The translations under genes were made by a program, and so were the position numbers. From Planctomycetota bacterium (GTDB lineage Bacteria > Planctomycetota > UBA1135 > UBA2386): a stretch of 64,000 bases of DNA. Below are positions 18,409-28,700 of this stretch, piece after piece. Positions within the stretch are counted from its first letter, which is position 1. The number at the start of each line of letters is the position of its first letter. Where the stretch lies: assembly GCA_965228735.1 (NCBI GenBank), contig OZ245838.1, forward strand, positions 6,176,001-6,240,000, written 5' to 3'. A model generated the notes under the pieces. The model did no database searches, was not told where the DNA came from, and saw only the letters and a list, made by a program, of their open reading frames with translations.

Positions 18409-20955
18409 TCAGTGACCGACGCGGCCGATCAGGCCGTTGCTCGCCGCGAGCCCGAGCGGGTTGATGCCCGGCACGAGCGCACCGCCCTGCGCGAAGATCT
18501 CGAGGCCGACGAAGCTCGGGTCGGCCGGGATCGCCATGCCGTAGGTCGGCACGAAGCCCGGCATCGGGAAGATCACCGTCACGAGGCCGTCGGTGTACTG
18601 CCGGCAGAGCGGTGCCTGGCTGCCGAACGAGAAGTTCGGGTTGCTCAGGCCCAGCTGCACGAACCCGAGCACGCCGCCCGGCGTCGAGACGTCGAGACAC
18701 ATGTCCCACGTCCGGCAGAGCGCCGGCTTGGTGAGGCCGGTCAGCCGAGCACCGTTGCAGCCGCTGCTGTGGACGATGTTGTCGGCGAGCAGCAGCGCGG
18801 AGTCGTCGCTGAGGTAGAGCAGGTTGAACTGTGAGTCGATCGGTTGCCCGCTGGCGTCGAACGTGCGCACGCGGACGGTCGTCGGACCGCTCGTGCCGCC
18901 GCCGAAGCTGCTGAGCATCGCGAAGTTCGCGGCCGCGCCGTAGGTGCTGACCTGCACGTTCACCGAGTCGAGCTTCGGCTGGTTCGGCAGGATCACCTCG
19001 TAGGAGCCGGTCGCCAGCCGCGTGACGGTCTCGGCGTTCGGCGGGCCGGCGCGGCCGTTGCTGTCGGCGTAGGCCGGGGCCGGGGTGTAGGTCACGGGGC
19101 TCGACTGCTGGTTGGCCCAGAGGTGGGCGCCCGAGCCCGCGCGCTCGTCGACCGGCGCGGCGACCTCGTTGTAGAGCAGCACGAACTTGCTGTCCGTCGC
19201 GTTGCCGCCCTCGTCGTAGCAGCGGATGTCGACGCGCATGTCGCCGCTGACCGGCGTCCACGAGCTGACGTTGGCGCGCACGAGCCAGTCGGCGACCGGG
19301 GCGACCTGCACGTGACCCTGTTCGCCGCCGAGCGGCGCGAGGCCCGGCAGCGTCGCGCGGTAGTGGCCGGTGCCGATTCGCTGGATCTGCGGCGTGCCGC
19401 GGTCGCCGTTCCACCAGGCCGCTGGCGTGTAGCCGGTCGCGGCCGGCTGGTGCGCGAACAGATACGCCTCGCGATGCTCGGGGCTGCCGTCGCGCCGGTA
19501 GAGCGCGGTGAACATGCCGTCATCGGCTGGCCCGCCCGTGCCGTCGAACACCTCGACGTCGACGACGACGTCGTGGCCGTCCTCCCACCAGTCGCGGATG
19601 ACCGCGCTCTGCGGCGCGAGCACCGAGTGCGCGCTCACGAGCGGGATGCCGCGGTTGGGCGCCATGTTGGTGAAGCGCACCTGGAAGCGGTTCTGCGTGG
19701 GGGCGACGCGGTCGACGAAGAACGCGGTGTTGAAGTTCGGGTCCGGGCGCGTCGAGTAGCTGTAGTTGGGGCTCGTCACGAACTGCGCGCCGGCGTTGAA
19801 CGGGTTGATCCAGGCCCAGGCCTGCTCGCGTTTCTGCACCGGCCGGTTCGTCATGTAGAGCAGCGAGAACTCCGCGTCGATCGGGTTGCCGGCCGCGTCG
19901 CGCGTCGTGACCTGCACGCCCGTGCCGCCGCAGCCGTCGTCGCCCCAGCCCTCGATCGAGGCGTAGATCGGCGTGAAGCCGCCGAACGCGGTGACGATCG
20001 CGGTCGCGCTGTCGTCCGGCTGGACGTCGGGCAGGCGCGCGATGTAGCGGCCCGGAGTCAGGCGCAGGATCGACTCGCTGTCGTTCGGCCCGACGTCGCC
20101 GTTGCTGTCGCGGAAGCGCGCGTCGGGCACGTGACACGTCACGCTGCCGTCGTCGGAACGGATGTGCGCCCCCGAGCCGAGAGCTTCGTCGATCGGGGCG
20201 GCCTGCTCGTTGTAGTGCAGCGTGAAGCGCGTGTCGGCGGGGTTGCCGGCCGCGTCGAAGGTCTTCACGAGAACGAGCACATCGGCGCCTGACTGATGGC
20301 CGACGCTCTGCACCCAGCAACGGCGGAACTGCGTCCCGTACGGCGTCGCCTGGATGTTGCCCTGTTCGGGCCCGGTGGGGCGGGCCAGGCCGTAGAAGTA
20401 GACGTAGTAGACCCCGGTCGCCGCCCGGTTGATCCACGGATTGGCGCGGTTGCCGTTCCACGAGTAGAAGATGTTGGCGGTGTAGCTCACCGCGGTCGGA
20501 TCGTTGGCCCAGCAGAACGCCTGGCGATCCTCGGGGTCGCTCGGCAACCGGTAGAACAGCGTGAACCCCTCGTCGAACGCGGGCGAGCCGTCGGCCGCGA
20601 AGATCTCGACCTGGCAGCGCACCTCGCCGCCGAGCACCGACCAGCCGTTGATCACGACCGCGTGGTCGCCGTCGAAGGGCGCGGCCTGGAAGTTGCCGTA
20701 CGGATCGGTGATCCCCGGGAAGCGCACGATGAAACGGTTGGTGCTCGTGCCGCCGACGCGGTCGACCCGCACGAACGTGCCGCCCGGGATGAACTGGTAA
20801 TCGAGGTTCGGGATCCAGCTCGCGCCCTGCCCATCGGGTCGGACGAGGGCCCAGGCGACGCCGTCCTGCGCGGTGAGGGTGCCGATCCATAGGAGCATGG
20901 CACCGAGGAGAGTCAGCAGGTGGGCGAACGGTGAACGCGCGGCGCGGTTGGGCAT
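18409..20955 (-). CDS. Secreted protein with six ~115-aa beta-rich repeats and a C-terminal lineage-type domain
   Basis: Signal peptide ending LTAQ. Each repeat ends V..FD..G.P.D..F.L.Y. Terminal GC...IPADPSFVGLEIFAQ...NPLGLAASNG. Confidence 0.85.
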   Translation of the reverse strand: MPNRAARSPFAHLLTLLGAMLLWIGTLTAQDGVAWALVRPDGQGASWIPNLDYQFIPGGTFVRVDRVGGTSTNRFIVRFPGITDPYGNFQAAPFDGDHAVVINGWSVLGGEVRCQVEIFAADGSPAFDEGFTLFYRLPSDPEDRQAFCWANDPTAVSYTANIFYSWNGNRANPWINRAATGVYYVYFYGLARPTGPEQGNIQATPYGTQFRRCWVQSVGHQSGADVLVLVKTFDAAGNPADTRFTLHYNEQAAPIDEALGSGAHIRSDDGSVTCHVPDARFRDSNGDVGPNDSESILRLTPGRYIARLPDVQPDDSATAIVTAFGGFTPIYASIEGWGDDGCGGTGVQVTTRDAAGNPIDAEFSLLYMTNRPVQKREQAWAWINPFNAGAQFVTSPNYSYSTRPDPNFNTAFFVDRVAPTQNRFQVRFTNMAPNRGIPLVSAHSVLAPQSAVIRDWWEDGHDVVVDVEVFDGTGGPADDGMFTALYRRDGSPEHREAYLFAHQPAATGYTPAAWWNGDRGTPQIQRIGTGHYRATLPGLAPLGGEQGHVQVAPVADWLVRANVSSWTPVSGDMRVDIRCYDEGGNATDSKFVLLYNEVAAPVDERAGSGAHLWANQQSSPVTYTPAPAYADSNGRAGPPNAETVTRLATGSYEVILPNQPKLDSVNVQVSTYGAAANFAMLSSFGGGTSGPTTVRVRTFDASGQPIDSQFNLLYLSDDSALLLADNIVHSSGCNGARLTGLTKPALCRTWDMCLDVSTPGGVLGFVQLGLSNPNFSFGSQAPLCRQYTDGLVTVIFPMPGFVPTYGMAIPADPSFVGLEIFAQGGALVPGINPLGLAASNGLIGRVGH

Positions 20956-21125
20956 GACGGTGGGGGAGTGCCGTCGGAGCCCGCGCTCCTCGCCCCTTCC
21001 CGGGGTTTTCTGACGCCCGGGCACCGTTGCCCTACGTTGTGGCCATGTTCGAACGCTTCACCGACCGCGCCAAGGCGACCATGGACTTTGCCGGCGACGA
21101 GGATCGCGACGACAGCTGAGCGGCG

Positions 21126-21158
21126 GTGGCGGATTCGAAGCGGGTTCGGTACCGCCAC
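21126..21158. repeat. Short member of the palindromic element family
   Basis: GTGGCGG...CCGCCAC ends. The 17 bp CGGGTTCGGTACCGCCA (21141-21157) is identical to 15207-15223. Confidence 0.6.
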
Positions 21159-21186
21159 GAAGCGGGAACGGTTCCGGCAGCGTTCG

Positions 21187-22275
21187 TCAGAGCAGCCGTT
21201 CGCCGAGCCAGAACAGGCCGGCGAGGCCGACGCCGATGGAAATCAGCGTGCGGCCGGTCGCGCCATATCGCGTCTTGTCGAGCCACCACAGCAGCGGCAG
21301 CGCAAGGAGCGCGAACAGGATCTGGCCGACTTCGACGCCGAGGTTGAACGACAGCATCGGCAGGATCGCGTGCGGGCCGCGGATGTCGAGGTCGCCGAGG
21401 AAGCCGGCGAAGCCGAAGCCGTGCACGAGGCCGAACGCGAGCGCGAACTGCCAGCGGTGCAGACCCTTCGTTTCGCCGTTCTGGCCGAGGCGGGCGCTGG
21501 CGCGGAGATTCGACGCCGCGACCCAGACGATCGAGCCCGCGATGACGGACTCGACGAGCAGGCCGGGGAGGCCGAGGAGGCCGACCGCCGCGCCGACGAG
21601 CGTGATGGAGTGGGCGACGGTGAACGCCGTGATCGTCACGACGGCGCGCCGCAGCGTGATGCCGGCGACGAGCAGCGCGAGCAGGAACGCGAGGTGATCG
21701 AAGCCGAAGAGGATGTGCTCGACCCCGAGTCCGAAGAAGAGCCCGACCTGCTCGAAGCCGCGGCCGTTCGTGTTCTCGGCGGGAACAACGAACGTGATGT
21801 CCGTCGGCGTCAGCAGCGCGTCGGTCTGGATCGCGCCGGCGTCGTCGATCTGCGCGATGTAGCTGCGATGGCCGCGCGAGAAGTCCTGGAGGATCGGACA
21901 GCGCAGCGCCCGATCCGTGGTTGCTGTGGCTGCCGTAGCCGCCAGCTCGAGCACGAGCTCGATGTCGTCGTTCTCGCCCAGTTTGACGGCTACGAGCCGG
22001 GCCGCTTGCCGCGTATCGGAGGTCGGTGCGTCGATCGCGAAGCCGGACCCGACGGCGCGCTCGATCGCGGCGCGCCCGGCGGTGAGTTCCACGTCGTCGA
22101 TCCGGCCGTCGCGGTCGTCGTCGATGGGGACGACACCGGCGAAGTCGGCGTTCGCGAACGCGGCGTGGATGACGAGCGCGCGGCCGGAGTCGTGCACGCG
22201 GATCGAGCTCAGGCCCGGATCGTGCGGCAGCGGCGCAGCGGTGAGCGCGGACAGCAAAGTGACGGTGAGCAGCAT
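21187..22275 (-). CDS. HupE/UreJ-family membrane protein with N-terminal extracytoplasmic domain
   Basis: LGVEHILFGFDHLAFL, TAFTVAHSITL, FGLVHGFGFAG and FNLGVEVGQ motifs. Confidence 0.92.
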   Translation of the reverse strand: MLLTVTLLSALTAAPLPHDPGLSSIRVHDSGRALVIHAAFANADFAGVVPIDDDRDGRIDDVELTAGRAAIERAVGSGFAIDAPTSDTRQAARLVAVKLGENDDIELVLELAATAATATTDRALRCPILQDFSRGHRSYIAQIDDAGAIQTDALLTPTDITFVVPAENTNGRGFEQVGLFFGLGVEHILFGFDHLAFLLALLVAGITLRRAVVTITAFTVAHSITLVGAAVGLLGLPGLLVESVIAGSIVWVAASNLRASARLGQNGETKGLHRWQFALAFGLVHGFGFAGFLGDLDIRGPHAILPMLSFNLGVEVGQILFALLALPLLWWLDKTRYGATGRTLISIGVGLAGLFWLGERLL

Positions 22276-22325
22276 CGGCGGATCTCCTGTGGTGGCGGCG
22301 CGGGCGATGCCGCGCCGCCGATCGG

Positions 22326-23750
22326 TCAGTCGTGACTGTGTTCGCGGCCGTTGTGCGGCGTCGCGGCGTACGGCATTACCTTGCTGTAGGCGATGTCGTT
22401 GCTGTCGACGTTGTCGCCGGCCTGCCGGATCACCGGCGGGTTGACGCGCAGGTCGCTGATCACCGCGCTGACGCCGATGTCGTAGACGTCGTCGCCGAAG
22501 CGCCGGCCGTTCGGCCAGCCGCTCGGGATCATCATGTTCTGCAGCGGGCTGAAGATCGTGTCACCGCCGAACACGGAGAGCCGCGAGAAGCCCGGGTCGT
22601 CCGGGTTGGTCGGGTGGTTGGGACCGCCGCCGGCCAGCGGCACGGGTGCCGTCGACAGGTCGACCTTGATCACGTCGGGAATGAAGATCCCCGCGAGGTC
22701 GAAGCGGTTGTTCTCGATGCCCGGGATCGGGTTCGGCGCGAACACGAGCGCGTTGAGCAGCGCCGCGAGTTCGGGCGTATCGGCGTAGCGTTGGAAGCGC
22801 GTCGCGTCGGCGGTCGGCGGCACGCGGTTGTAGGCGTCCTTGTCCTTGATGGCGACGAACGCCTCGCAGAACAGCGGGTTGCCCTGGCGGCCGACCTGGA
22901 TGTATTCGCCGAACTCGAGCGGCTGCGCCTGCATCGAGCGCAGCGTGAGCGCGCGGCGGAACGTCGTCGCGTAGACACCGACCGTCTGCATGTCACCGCC
23001 GAGACGACTCACCGGCACCTGCATGACGATGTTGTGCACGTTGAAGCCCTTCTGGCTGTCCTTGCCCGGATCGCGCAGCGCGAGCAGGTCGAACGTCGCG
23101 CCGATGTCGGCGTAGAAGCCGTCGTCGCGCTGGCCGGCCCATGTCACGATGCCGCTTGGTTGCGCGGTCACCGTCTGATCGGTGTAGCGGTCGAGCTGAG
23201 TGCTCTGCGCGACGCCGCCGAGCGCCGGACCGTCGCCGTTCTGGCTGTTGTAGTGCGGTGTCGCGCGCCCCTGGTTGTTGGGCGGCACGACGCCGCTGCC
23301 CGCGAACGCGACCGAACTCGCGCGCCAGTCGATCTCGAGGATCGAGTAGTGCTGCGTGAGGTTCTGCGCCGCGTCGTCGACGTTCTGCACGACGCCCGTG
23401 TAGGCCTGCAGGATCGTGTTGCGGTTCTTGTAGCGGTCCTCGAACAGATACACGTACGTGAGCGACTTGCGCCCGGTCGCGAGGTCGGGACCCGTGCAGA
23501 TGTTGAGGGCATACGCGACGCGCGGGTCGAAGCCGAACTTGTTCGGGCCGATGCCCGGGTCCTCGAACGGGAAGACGCCGAGACCGAGGGTCAGGTGCTT
23601 CTCGTTGTTCGGACCGTCCGCGACGAACGCGTAGACGTCCGTGAGATTGGCCGCGTCGTCGAGCGTGATGAGCGGGGCGTCCATGTGGCTCGACGCGAGC
23701 ACTGGAACGCTGGCCGCGAGGATCGCGGCGGTGAGTCGGGTGACTGTCAT
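22326..23750 (-). CDS. DUF4331-family secreted protein
   Basis: Signal peptide then ASSHMDAP...TDVYAF, AGQRDDGFYAD, GFNVHNI, GWPNGRRFGDDVYD. Confidence 0.88.
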   Translation of the reverse strand: MTVTRLTAAILAASVPVLASSHMDAPLITLDDAANLTDVYAFVADGPNNEKHLTLGLGVFPFEDPGIGPNKFGFDPRVAYALNICTGPDLATGRKSLTYVYLFEDRYKNRNTILQAYTGVVQNVDDAAQNLTQHYSILEIDWRASSVAFAGSGVVPPNNQGRATPHYNSQNGDGPALGGVAQSTQLDRYTDQTVTAQPSGIVTWAGQRDDGFYADIGATFDLLALRDPGKDSQKGFNVHNIVMQVPVSRLGGDMQTVGVYATTFRRALTLRSMQAQPLEFGEYIQVGRQGNPLFCEAFVAIKDKDAYNRVPPTADATRFQRYADTPELAALLNALVFAPNPIPGIENNRFDLAGIFIPDVIKVDLSTAPVPLAGGGPNHPTNPDDPGFSRLSVFGGDTIFSPLQNMMIPSGWPNGRRFGDDVYDIGVSAVISDLRVNPPVIRQAGDNVDSNDIAYSKVMPYAATPHNGREHSHD

Positions 23751-23835
23751 GAGTTCTTCGTGTTGTTGTTGTCTAGGAAACGTTGCCGACCGCTGGCGTT
23801 CGAACGCCGAGCGCCGGCGGCGGCGTCGAGGCGGT

Positions 23836-25209
23836 TCAGCGGCCCGCGATGAGTCGGTCGAGCTCGCGCTGTTCGCTCGGCCACAGCGCCGCGCGACCGG
23901 CGTCGGCGCGTTCGAGGTGCGCGGCGAACGGAGCGCCCACGGCGTGCCGCGCGAGTGCCGCGTGCAGGTGCAGGCGCGCACAGTCGAGGCCGGTCGCGAG
24001 CGCGCGATCGAGCGTCGCGTTGCTGCCCGCGACGTCGCCGGCGCGCAGCAGGGCGAACCCGAGCACGTCCAGCGTCTGCGCGTCCTGACGCAGCGCCGCC
24101 TCCGCGGTCGCGTGTCGCACCGCGAGCTCGGGGTGTTCGCCGCGCGTCGCGAGCCAGAGCGCGAACGTGCGCGGATCTTCGCGGCCGTTCGCGCGCAGCT
24201 CGGCCAGGGTCGTCTCGACCGCCGACGTGTGACCGGCGCGGGTCAGCGCCTCGGCGTGACCCCACAGGTGCTGCGGCAGCGGGTATGCGGCCGCAGCCGC
24301 GGCGAGGCTCGTGAGGGCGAGATCGGTGCGGTCGAGGGCGAGCGCGGCGCGGCCCTGCACCAGCAGCGCGGCGGGGTGGTTGTCCACGAGCTCGAGCGCG
24401 CGCTCGGCGAACTGCAACGCGGCCTCGGCGTCGCTGCTCTCGAGCTCGAGACGGCCGCGACGCGCGAGCACCCAGGCCAGTGACTCGGGGTCGCGGCGAC
24501 TGCCCGCGGCCGCCGCGTCGGCCAGCAGGCGTCGACACGCCGCGTGGTTGCCGCGCAGCCACTGCAGCTCGGCGGCGCGGCTGTAGCTCAGCAGGCCGGG
24601 GCGCAGGTCGAGCATCGCCTGGTAGGACCGTTCGGCGGCGTCGAGCTGGCCGCGATCGAGCAGCACGTCGCCGAGCAGACCGTGGTCGCGCAACGAACCG
24701 CGGCGAGCGACGAGGTCGCGCGCGATGCGCTCCGCGGCGTCGAAGTCGTGCAGCGCGTGACGCACGTGGCCGCGCAGGAGGGCCGCGGCATCCGCGCCGC
24801 CGTCCTCGGTCGGCATCGCATCGGCGCAGGCTTCGGCCTGCTGGTAGTGCCCCGGGTCACCCGTGACGCGCGCCTTCGTGATGAACAGCGTCGCGAGCCG
24901 CTCCCAGCGCGCGACTTCGTCCGGGCGTTCGCGAACCTTGGCCTGCGCGGTTCGAATCCGGCCGTCGAGTTGCGTCTGCCCGCGCGGCGCGACGAGCGCA
25001 ACGCGCGCCGCGACGTTCGCCGCGGTCGTCTCGGCGAACGACAGTTGCTCGTTCGCCTCGGCGTCGGCGTCGGCTGGGCGCAGGACCACCGCCGTGACCA
25101 TGAGGGCGGCCACGCTCACCCAGCCGGCGAGCGGCCAGCCGACGCGGCGCCGGTGACTCCCGGAGCCGGAGTGCGGGGACGGAAGAAACGGATCGGAAGC
25201 AGGTGCCAC
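23836..25209 (-). CDS. Membrane-anchored TPR protein
   Basis: N-terminal TM. ARVTGDPGHYQQAE, HDFDAA and YQAMLDLRPGLLSYSRAA, of the type found beside DUF4331 genes. Start uncertain. Confidence 0.8.
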   Translation of the reverse strand: MAPASDPFLPSPHSGSGSHRRRVGWPLAGWVSVAALMVTAVVLRPADADAEANEQLSFAETTAANVAARVALVAPRGQTQLDGRIRTAQAKVRERPDEVARWERLATLFITKARVTGDPGHYQQAEACADAMPTEDGGADAAALLRGHVRHALHDFDAAERIARDLVARRGSLRDHGLLGDVLLDRGQLDAAERSYQAMLDLRPGLLSYSRAAELQWLRGNHAACRRLLADAAAAGSRRDPESLAWVLARRGRLELESSDAEAALQFAERALELVDNHPAALLVQGRAALALDRTDLALTSLAAAAAAYPLPQHLWGHAEALTRAGHTSAVETTLAELRANGREDPRTFALWLATRGEHPELAVRHATAEAALRQDAQTLDVLGFALLRAGDVAGSNATLDRALATGLDCARLHLHAALARHAVGAPFAAHLERADAGRAALWPSEQRELDRLIAGR

Positions 25210-25257
25210 GCCCCGGTGAGGTAGGGCGGCGGGTGTTCATGTCACCGCTCGCTCCCG

Positions 25258-25312
25258 TTCCTCGAGCGCCCTACTCGAGGGCCCCTACTCGAGGGCCCCT
25301 ACTCGAGGGCTG
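25258..25312. repeat. 14-bp tandem repeat (CTACTCGAGGGCCC) x3 plus one degenerate copy, at the kinase stop codon
   Basis: Units start at 25271, 25285 and 25299. The third contains the TAG of the minus-strand kinase. Confidence 0.9.
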
Positions 25313-28300
25313 CGCGCAGCTCGCTCCCCGAGGTCGGCAGCGGCAGCGGCAGTGCGCGCCGGGCGCCGTCCAGGGTCGCGGGGTCGAGCAGGGTGTCGCC
25401 GCGTTCGAGGGCGTGGCGCAGCGTCTCGCGGTCGTTCGTAGCGAAGGCGGCGGCGGCCTGCAGGTAGCGGCCGCGAAGGTCGTCGGGGTGGGACGGCAGC
25501 GTGTCGTCGAGGTAGCGCAGGGCGTCGCGCGGTTGCCCACCGAGGAACAGCGCGGCCGCGCGCACGATGCGCGCCTCGCCGTTCATGGGATCGCGGGACA
25601 GCTGGTCGTCGGCGAGCGCCACGATGCGCGTGAGCGCGGCCTGATCGTTGCTGCGGGCGAGGCGACCGATCTGCGGCAGCAGCACGGGGAGCGGCAGAGC
25701 GGGGGCGTCGATCGCATCGCCGGAAGTGGCGGACATGCCGATGCGCAGGACGGCGAGCGGGGTCGTCGCCGGTTCGTCTGCCGGCTCGATCGCGAGCGCG
25801 GCGTCGGTGAGCGCGGGCGTGACCGCGGGCTGCATGAGCGCGGCGTTGGCGGTGGCGTGATCGGTCGGCCGGAGTCCGGCGAGCGTCGTTGCCGGCAGCC
25901 AGCCGCGCGCGAGAGCTGCGGCGTCGCTCGTGACCGAACGCGTCGGGCGTCCGCCGCTGCCGAGATGCCGCAGCGGCGAATCGTCCGGCAGCGCGGGCAG
26001 CGCGTCCGCGCCGACGCCACCAGCGTGCGTGAGCAGGGCACGACGTTCGTAGGCGATGCGGGTGGCGTGCTGGCCGGCGACTGGGCTGCCGAAGTCACCC
26101 TCGGTCAGCAACGTGATCGCCTCCGGCCGCCGGTCGAGCGCAAGCAGCGCCTCCGCCCGACGCAGCTGGGTCGTCGGCAGCAGCGGGTTGCCGTCGGGGA
26201 AGACGGCGGGGAAGAGGGCCTTGTGCCGCGCGTCACGGAGCAACGTGATGGTCCGTTCGAGCGCGAGCAGTTCGGCCGGGCGGTCGCCGAGGTGACGGCA
26301 GATGTCGGCGAGCAATCGCCACGCGGGGATCGCGTCGGTCGCGGCCACGGTCGCTGCCGTTGCGTCCTCGCGGGCCGCCTGCGGTCGGCCGGCGGCGAGG
26401 TGCACGCGGGCGCGTTGGACGAGCGCGCCGGCGCGGTCGTGGGACGTCGCGTTCTCGAGCAGCGCGTCGCACGCGGCGAGGGCCTCGGCGTGGCGGCCCG
26501 TCATCGTCACGCCGGCGACGCGCAGCAGCGCGGCGTCGCGCCGGTCGGGTGCCTTCTCCAGCACGCCGTCGAGGAGCAGCAGCGCGAGTCCGGCGAGGGC
26601 CGCGGCGCGACTCGCCGGGATCGGCTGCGCGGCGATCGGCGAGAACTCCGCGCCGAACTGCACCGGGCCGGCCTGCCACGTGCCGGCTTCGGCGAGCGCG
26701 AGCAGGACCTGGCTCGTCAGCACGGTGACCCACGGCGGCGCGTTGCTCAGCACTTCGGTGACGGCCGCGACCGGGCGCGACAGGTCGTCCTCGGGATCGA
26801 GACAGCAAAGCGCGGCCCAGAGCAGCCGGGCGGTGCCGTAGCGCGGGCGCAGCGCGGCGGCCTGCAGCAGGTCGTCCTTGGCGCGCTCCAGGTGCATCAC
26901 GTCGGGGCACGTGCGGCACCAGCCGCGATGCAGCAGCGCGTAGTAGCGCCGTTCTTCGGGCAGATCCGGGTCCAGGATCGCGCGGTCGAACGCGGCGATC
27001 GCCGCGAAATACTGCTGCCGGTGCTGATGCCACAGCCCGCTCCAGAACGCCGCTGTCGGGTCGGTCGCGTCGACGGTCCCCAACTCGGAACCGCCGCCGC
27101 CGCCCTGCAGCTGCTCGAACACCGCGGCCATGATCCGGTCGCCCGGCGTGGCATCACGCAACGCGAGCAGGTCCTCGAGCACGGCGCGCGTGCGTCCGGG
27201 ATCATCGCCGACGTCGAGCAGCGCCATCGCGAGCGCGCGCTGGACCCTGGCTTCGTCCGGATACTCGCGGGCGAGGCGTTCGGCGATCGCGAGCGCTTGC
27301 GTCGCGTTCTCCGATCGGGGGCCCGGTCCCGCGTTCGTGGCCGGCTGGCCGAGGCCGGCCCGGGCGTAGAACTTCAACGCCGCGCCGCCGAACGCGACGA
27401 CGCGCTCCGGTGCGGTGCCGAGCAGCTCGGGGATGCGGCGCAGGTCCGCGTCGCGTTCGAGCATGCGCGCGGTCGCGCGCTGGGTCGCGCCGTAGGACAC
27501 GGTCGCGAACACGCTGCCGAGCAACAGCACGGCGACGGTCGTGAGAACGGCGACGAGCGGGTGCTTCCGCGCCGCCCGTCGGAGTCGTTGCCACGGACCG
27601 CGGGCCGCGGCCTGCACCGGTTGTCCCGCGACGAAGCGGCGGAGGTCGGCCGCGACATCGGCGGCCGACGCGTAGCGCCTCGCCGGATCCTTCTCGAGGC
27701 ACTGCAGCGCGATGCGCGCGAGCTCGGGCGGGACGCCGGGGCGGCGGTCCTGCGGGTCGCGCGGGTCGACGTTGAGGATCGAGTCGATGACGACGGCGAG
27801 CGGGCCGGGGGCGATGGGAGGCTGGCCGCAGATGCACTCGTAGAGCACGGCGCCGAGGGAGTAGACGTCGCAGCTGCCGCCGCTGCCCCTGGCCGCGACG
27901 GCCTGCTCGGGTGCCATGTAGAGCGGCGTGCCGAGGAGATCGCCCGTGGCCGTGAGCGCCGGCTGGTCGTCGTCGCGCACGCTCGCGAGGCCGAAGTCGA
28001 GGACGGTCGCGCGGCCGACGTCGTCGACCATCAGGTTCGCCGGCTTGACGTCGCGATGCACGACGCCGGACCCGTGCGCGAAGTGCAGCGCGTCGGCGAC
28101 CTGCGCGAGCGTGTCCGCGGCGGCCTGCGGGTCGCCGAGCAGGCGTCGCGCGATGCCGTGATCGACGTCGCGCGGGTCGGCCAGTGCGGCGAGGAGCCGC
28201 TGCAGCGAGCGCCCTTCGACCCGCGCCATCGCGAGCCACACGCCGTCGGCGTCGGCGCCGCATTCGAACACCTCGACGATCCCCGCGTGCGACAACGACC

Positions 28301-28700
28301 GCGCCGCGTCGCCCTCGCGATGGAAGCGGGCGAGCGCGTCGGCGTTGTCGGCGACGTGCGCGTGGAGCACCTTGAGCGCGACGCGCGCGCCCGTCGTGAT
28401 CTGCTCGGCGTCGTAGACGATGCCCATCGCGCCGCGGCCGAGCTCGCCGAGCACGCGGAACTCGCCGAAGCGCAGCGGCAGGTCGCGCGGCGCCGAGCCG
28501 GTCGCCATGCGATCGAGGGCGGCGAGTGACTCGAGCTCCTCGAGGAACCGCGTGCGTTGTTCGTCGGGCAATCCGGCCGCGAACGCACCCGGCAGCAGGT
28601 CGGCGTCGTTCTCCTTGGCCTCGAGCCACGCGGCGATCGCGTCGTCGATGGGATCGCCGCCGCCGTTGGCGCCGTCCGAGTCCGAACGGGACCCGGTCAC
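25299..28700 (-). CDS. Hanks-type Ser/Thr protein kinase with TM segment and C-terminal TPRs
   Basis: GTG start overlapping the sigma stop. LGRGAMGIVY, VALK, HRDVKPAN, DFG, GTPLYMAPE, DVYSLG. Confidence 0.93.
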   Translation of the reverse strand: MTGSRSDSDGANGGGDPIDDAIAAWLEAKENDADLLPGAFAAGLPDEQRTRFLEELESLAALDRMATGSAPRDLPLRFGEFRVLGELGRGAMGIVYDAEQITTGARVALKVLHAHVADNADALARFHREGDAARSLSHAGIVEVFECGADADGVWLAMARVEGRSLQRLLAALADPRDVDHGIARRLLGDPQAAADTLAQVADALHFAHGSGVVHRDVKPANLMVDDVGRATVLDFGLASVRDDDQPALTATGDLLGTPLYMAPEQAVAARGSGGSCDVYSLGAVLYECICGQPPIAPGPLAVVIDSILNVDPRDPQDRRPGVPPELARIALQCLEKDPARRYASAADVAADLRRFVAGQPVQAAARGPWQRLRRAARKHPLVAVLTTVAVLLLGSVFATVSYGATQRATARMLERDADLRRIPELLGTAPERVVAFGGAALKFYARAGLGQPATNAGPGPRSENATQALAIAERLAREYPDEARVQRALAMALLDVGDDPGRTRAVLEDLLALRDATPGDRIMAAVFEQLQGGGGGSELGTVDATDPTAAFWSGLWHQHRQQYFAAIAAFDRAILDPDLPEERRYYALLHRGWCRTCPDVMHLERAKDDLLQAAALRPRYGTARLLWAALCCLDPEDDLSRPVAAVTEVLSNAPPWVTVLTSQVLLALAEAGTWQAGPVQFGAEFSPIAAQPIPASRAAALAGLALLLLDGVLEKAPDRRDAALLRVAGVTMTGRHAEALAACDALLENATSHDRAGALVQRARVHLAAGRPQAAREDATAATVAATDAIPAWRLLADICRHLGDRPAELLALERTITLLRDARHKALFPAVFPDGNPLLPTTQLRRAEALLALDRRPEAITLLTEGDFGSPVAGQHATRIAYERRALLTHAGGVGADALPALPDDSPLRHLGSGGRPTRSVTSDAAALARGWLPATTLAGLRPTDHATANAALMQPAVTPALTDAALAIEPADEPATTPLAVLRIGMSATSGDAIDAPALPLPVLLPQIGRLARSNDQAALTRIVALADDQLSRDPMNGEARIVRAAALFLGGQPRDALRYLDDTLPSHPDDLRGRYLQAAAAFATNDRETLRHALERGDTLLDPATLDGARRALPLPLPTSGSELRAALE

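Noticed and set aside
15224..19414. Long N-terminal extensions in the ORF track (also 25299-29351, 29172-32141, 33722-35257, 38765-40090)
   Set aside because: The extensions overlap neighbouring genes and are R/A/P-rich. Downstream starts with signal peptides or family N-termini were chosen.
25203..28529. 1108-aa plus-strand ORF and similar long antisense ORFs (e.g. 15926-18343, 30621-33359, 35238-37751)
   Set aside because: Shadow ORFs opposite well-supported genes, expected at this GC content, with no recognisable motifs.
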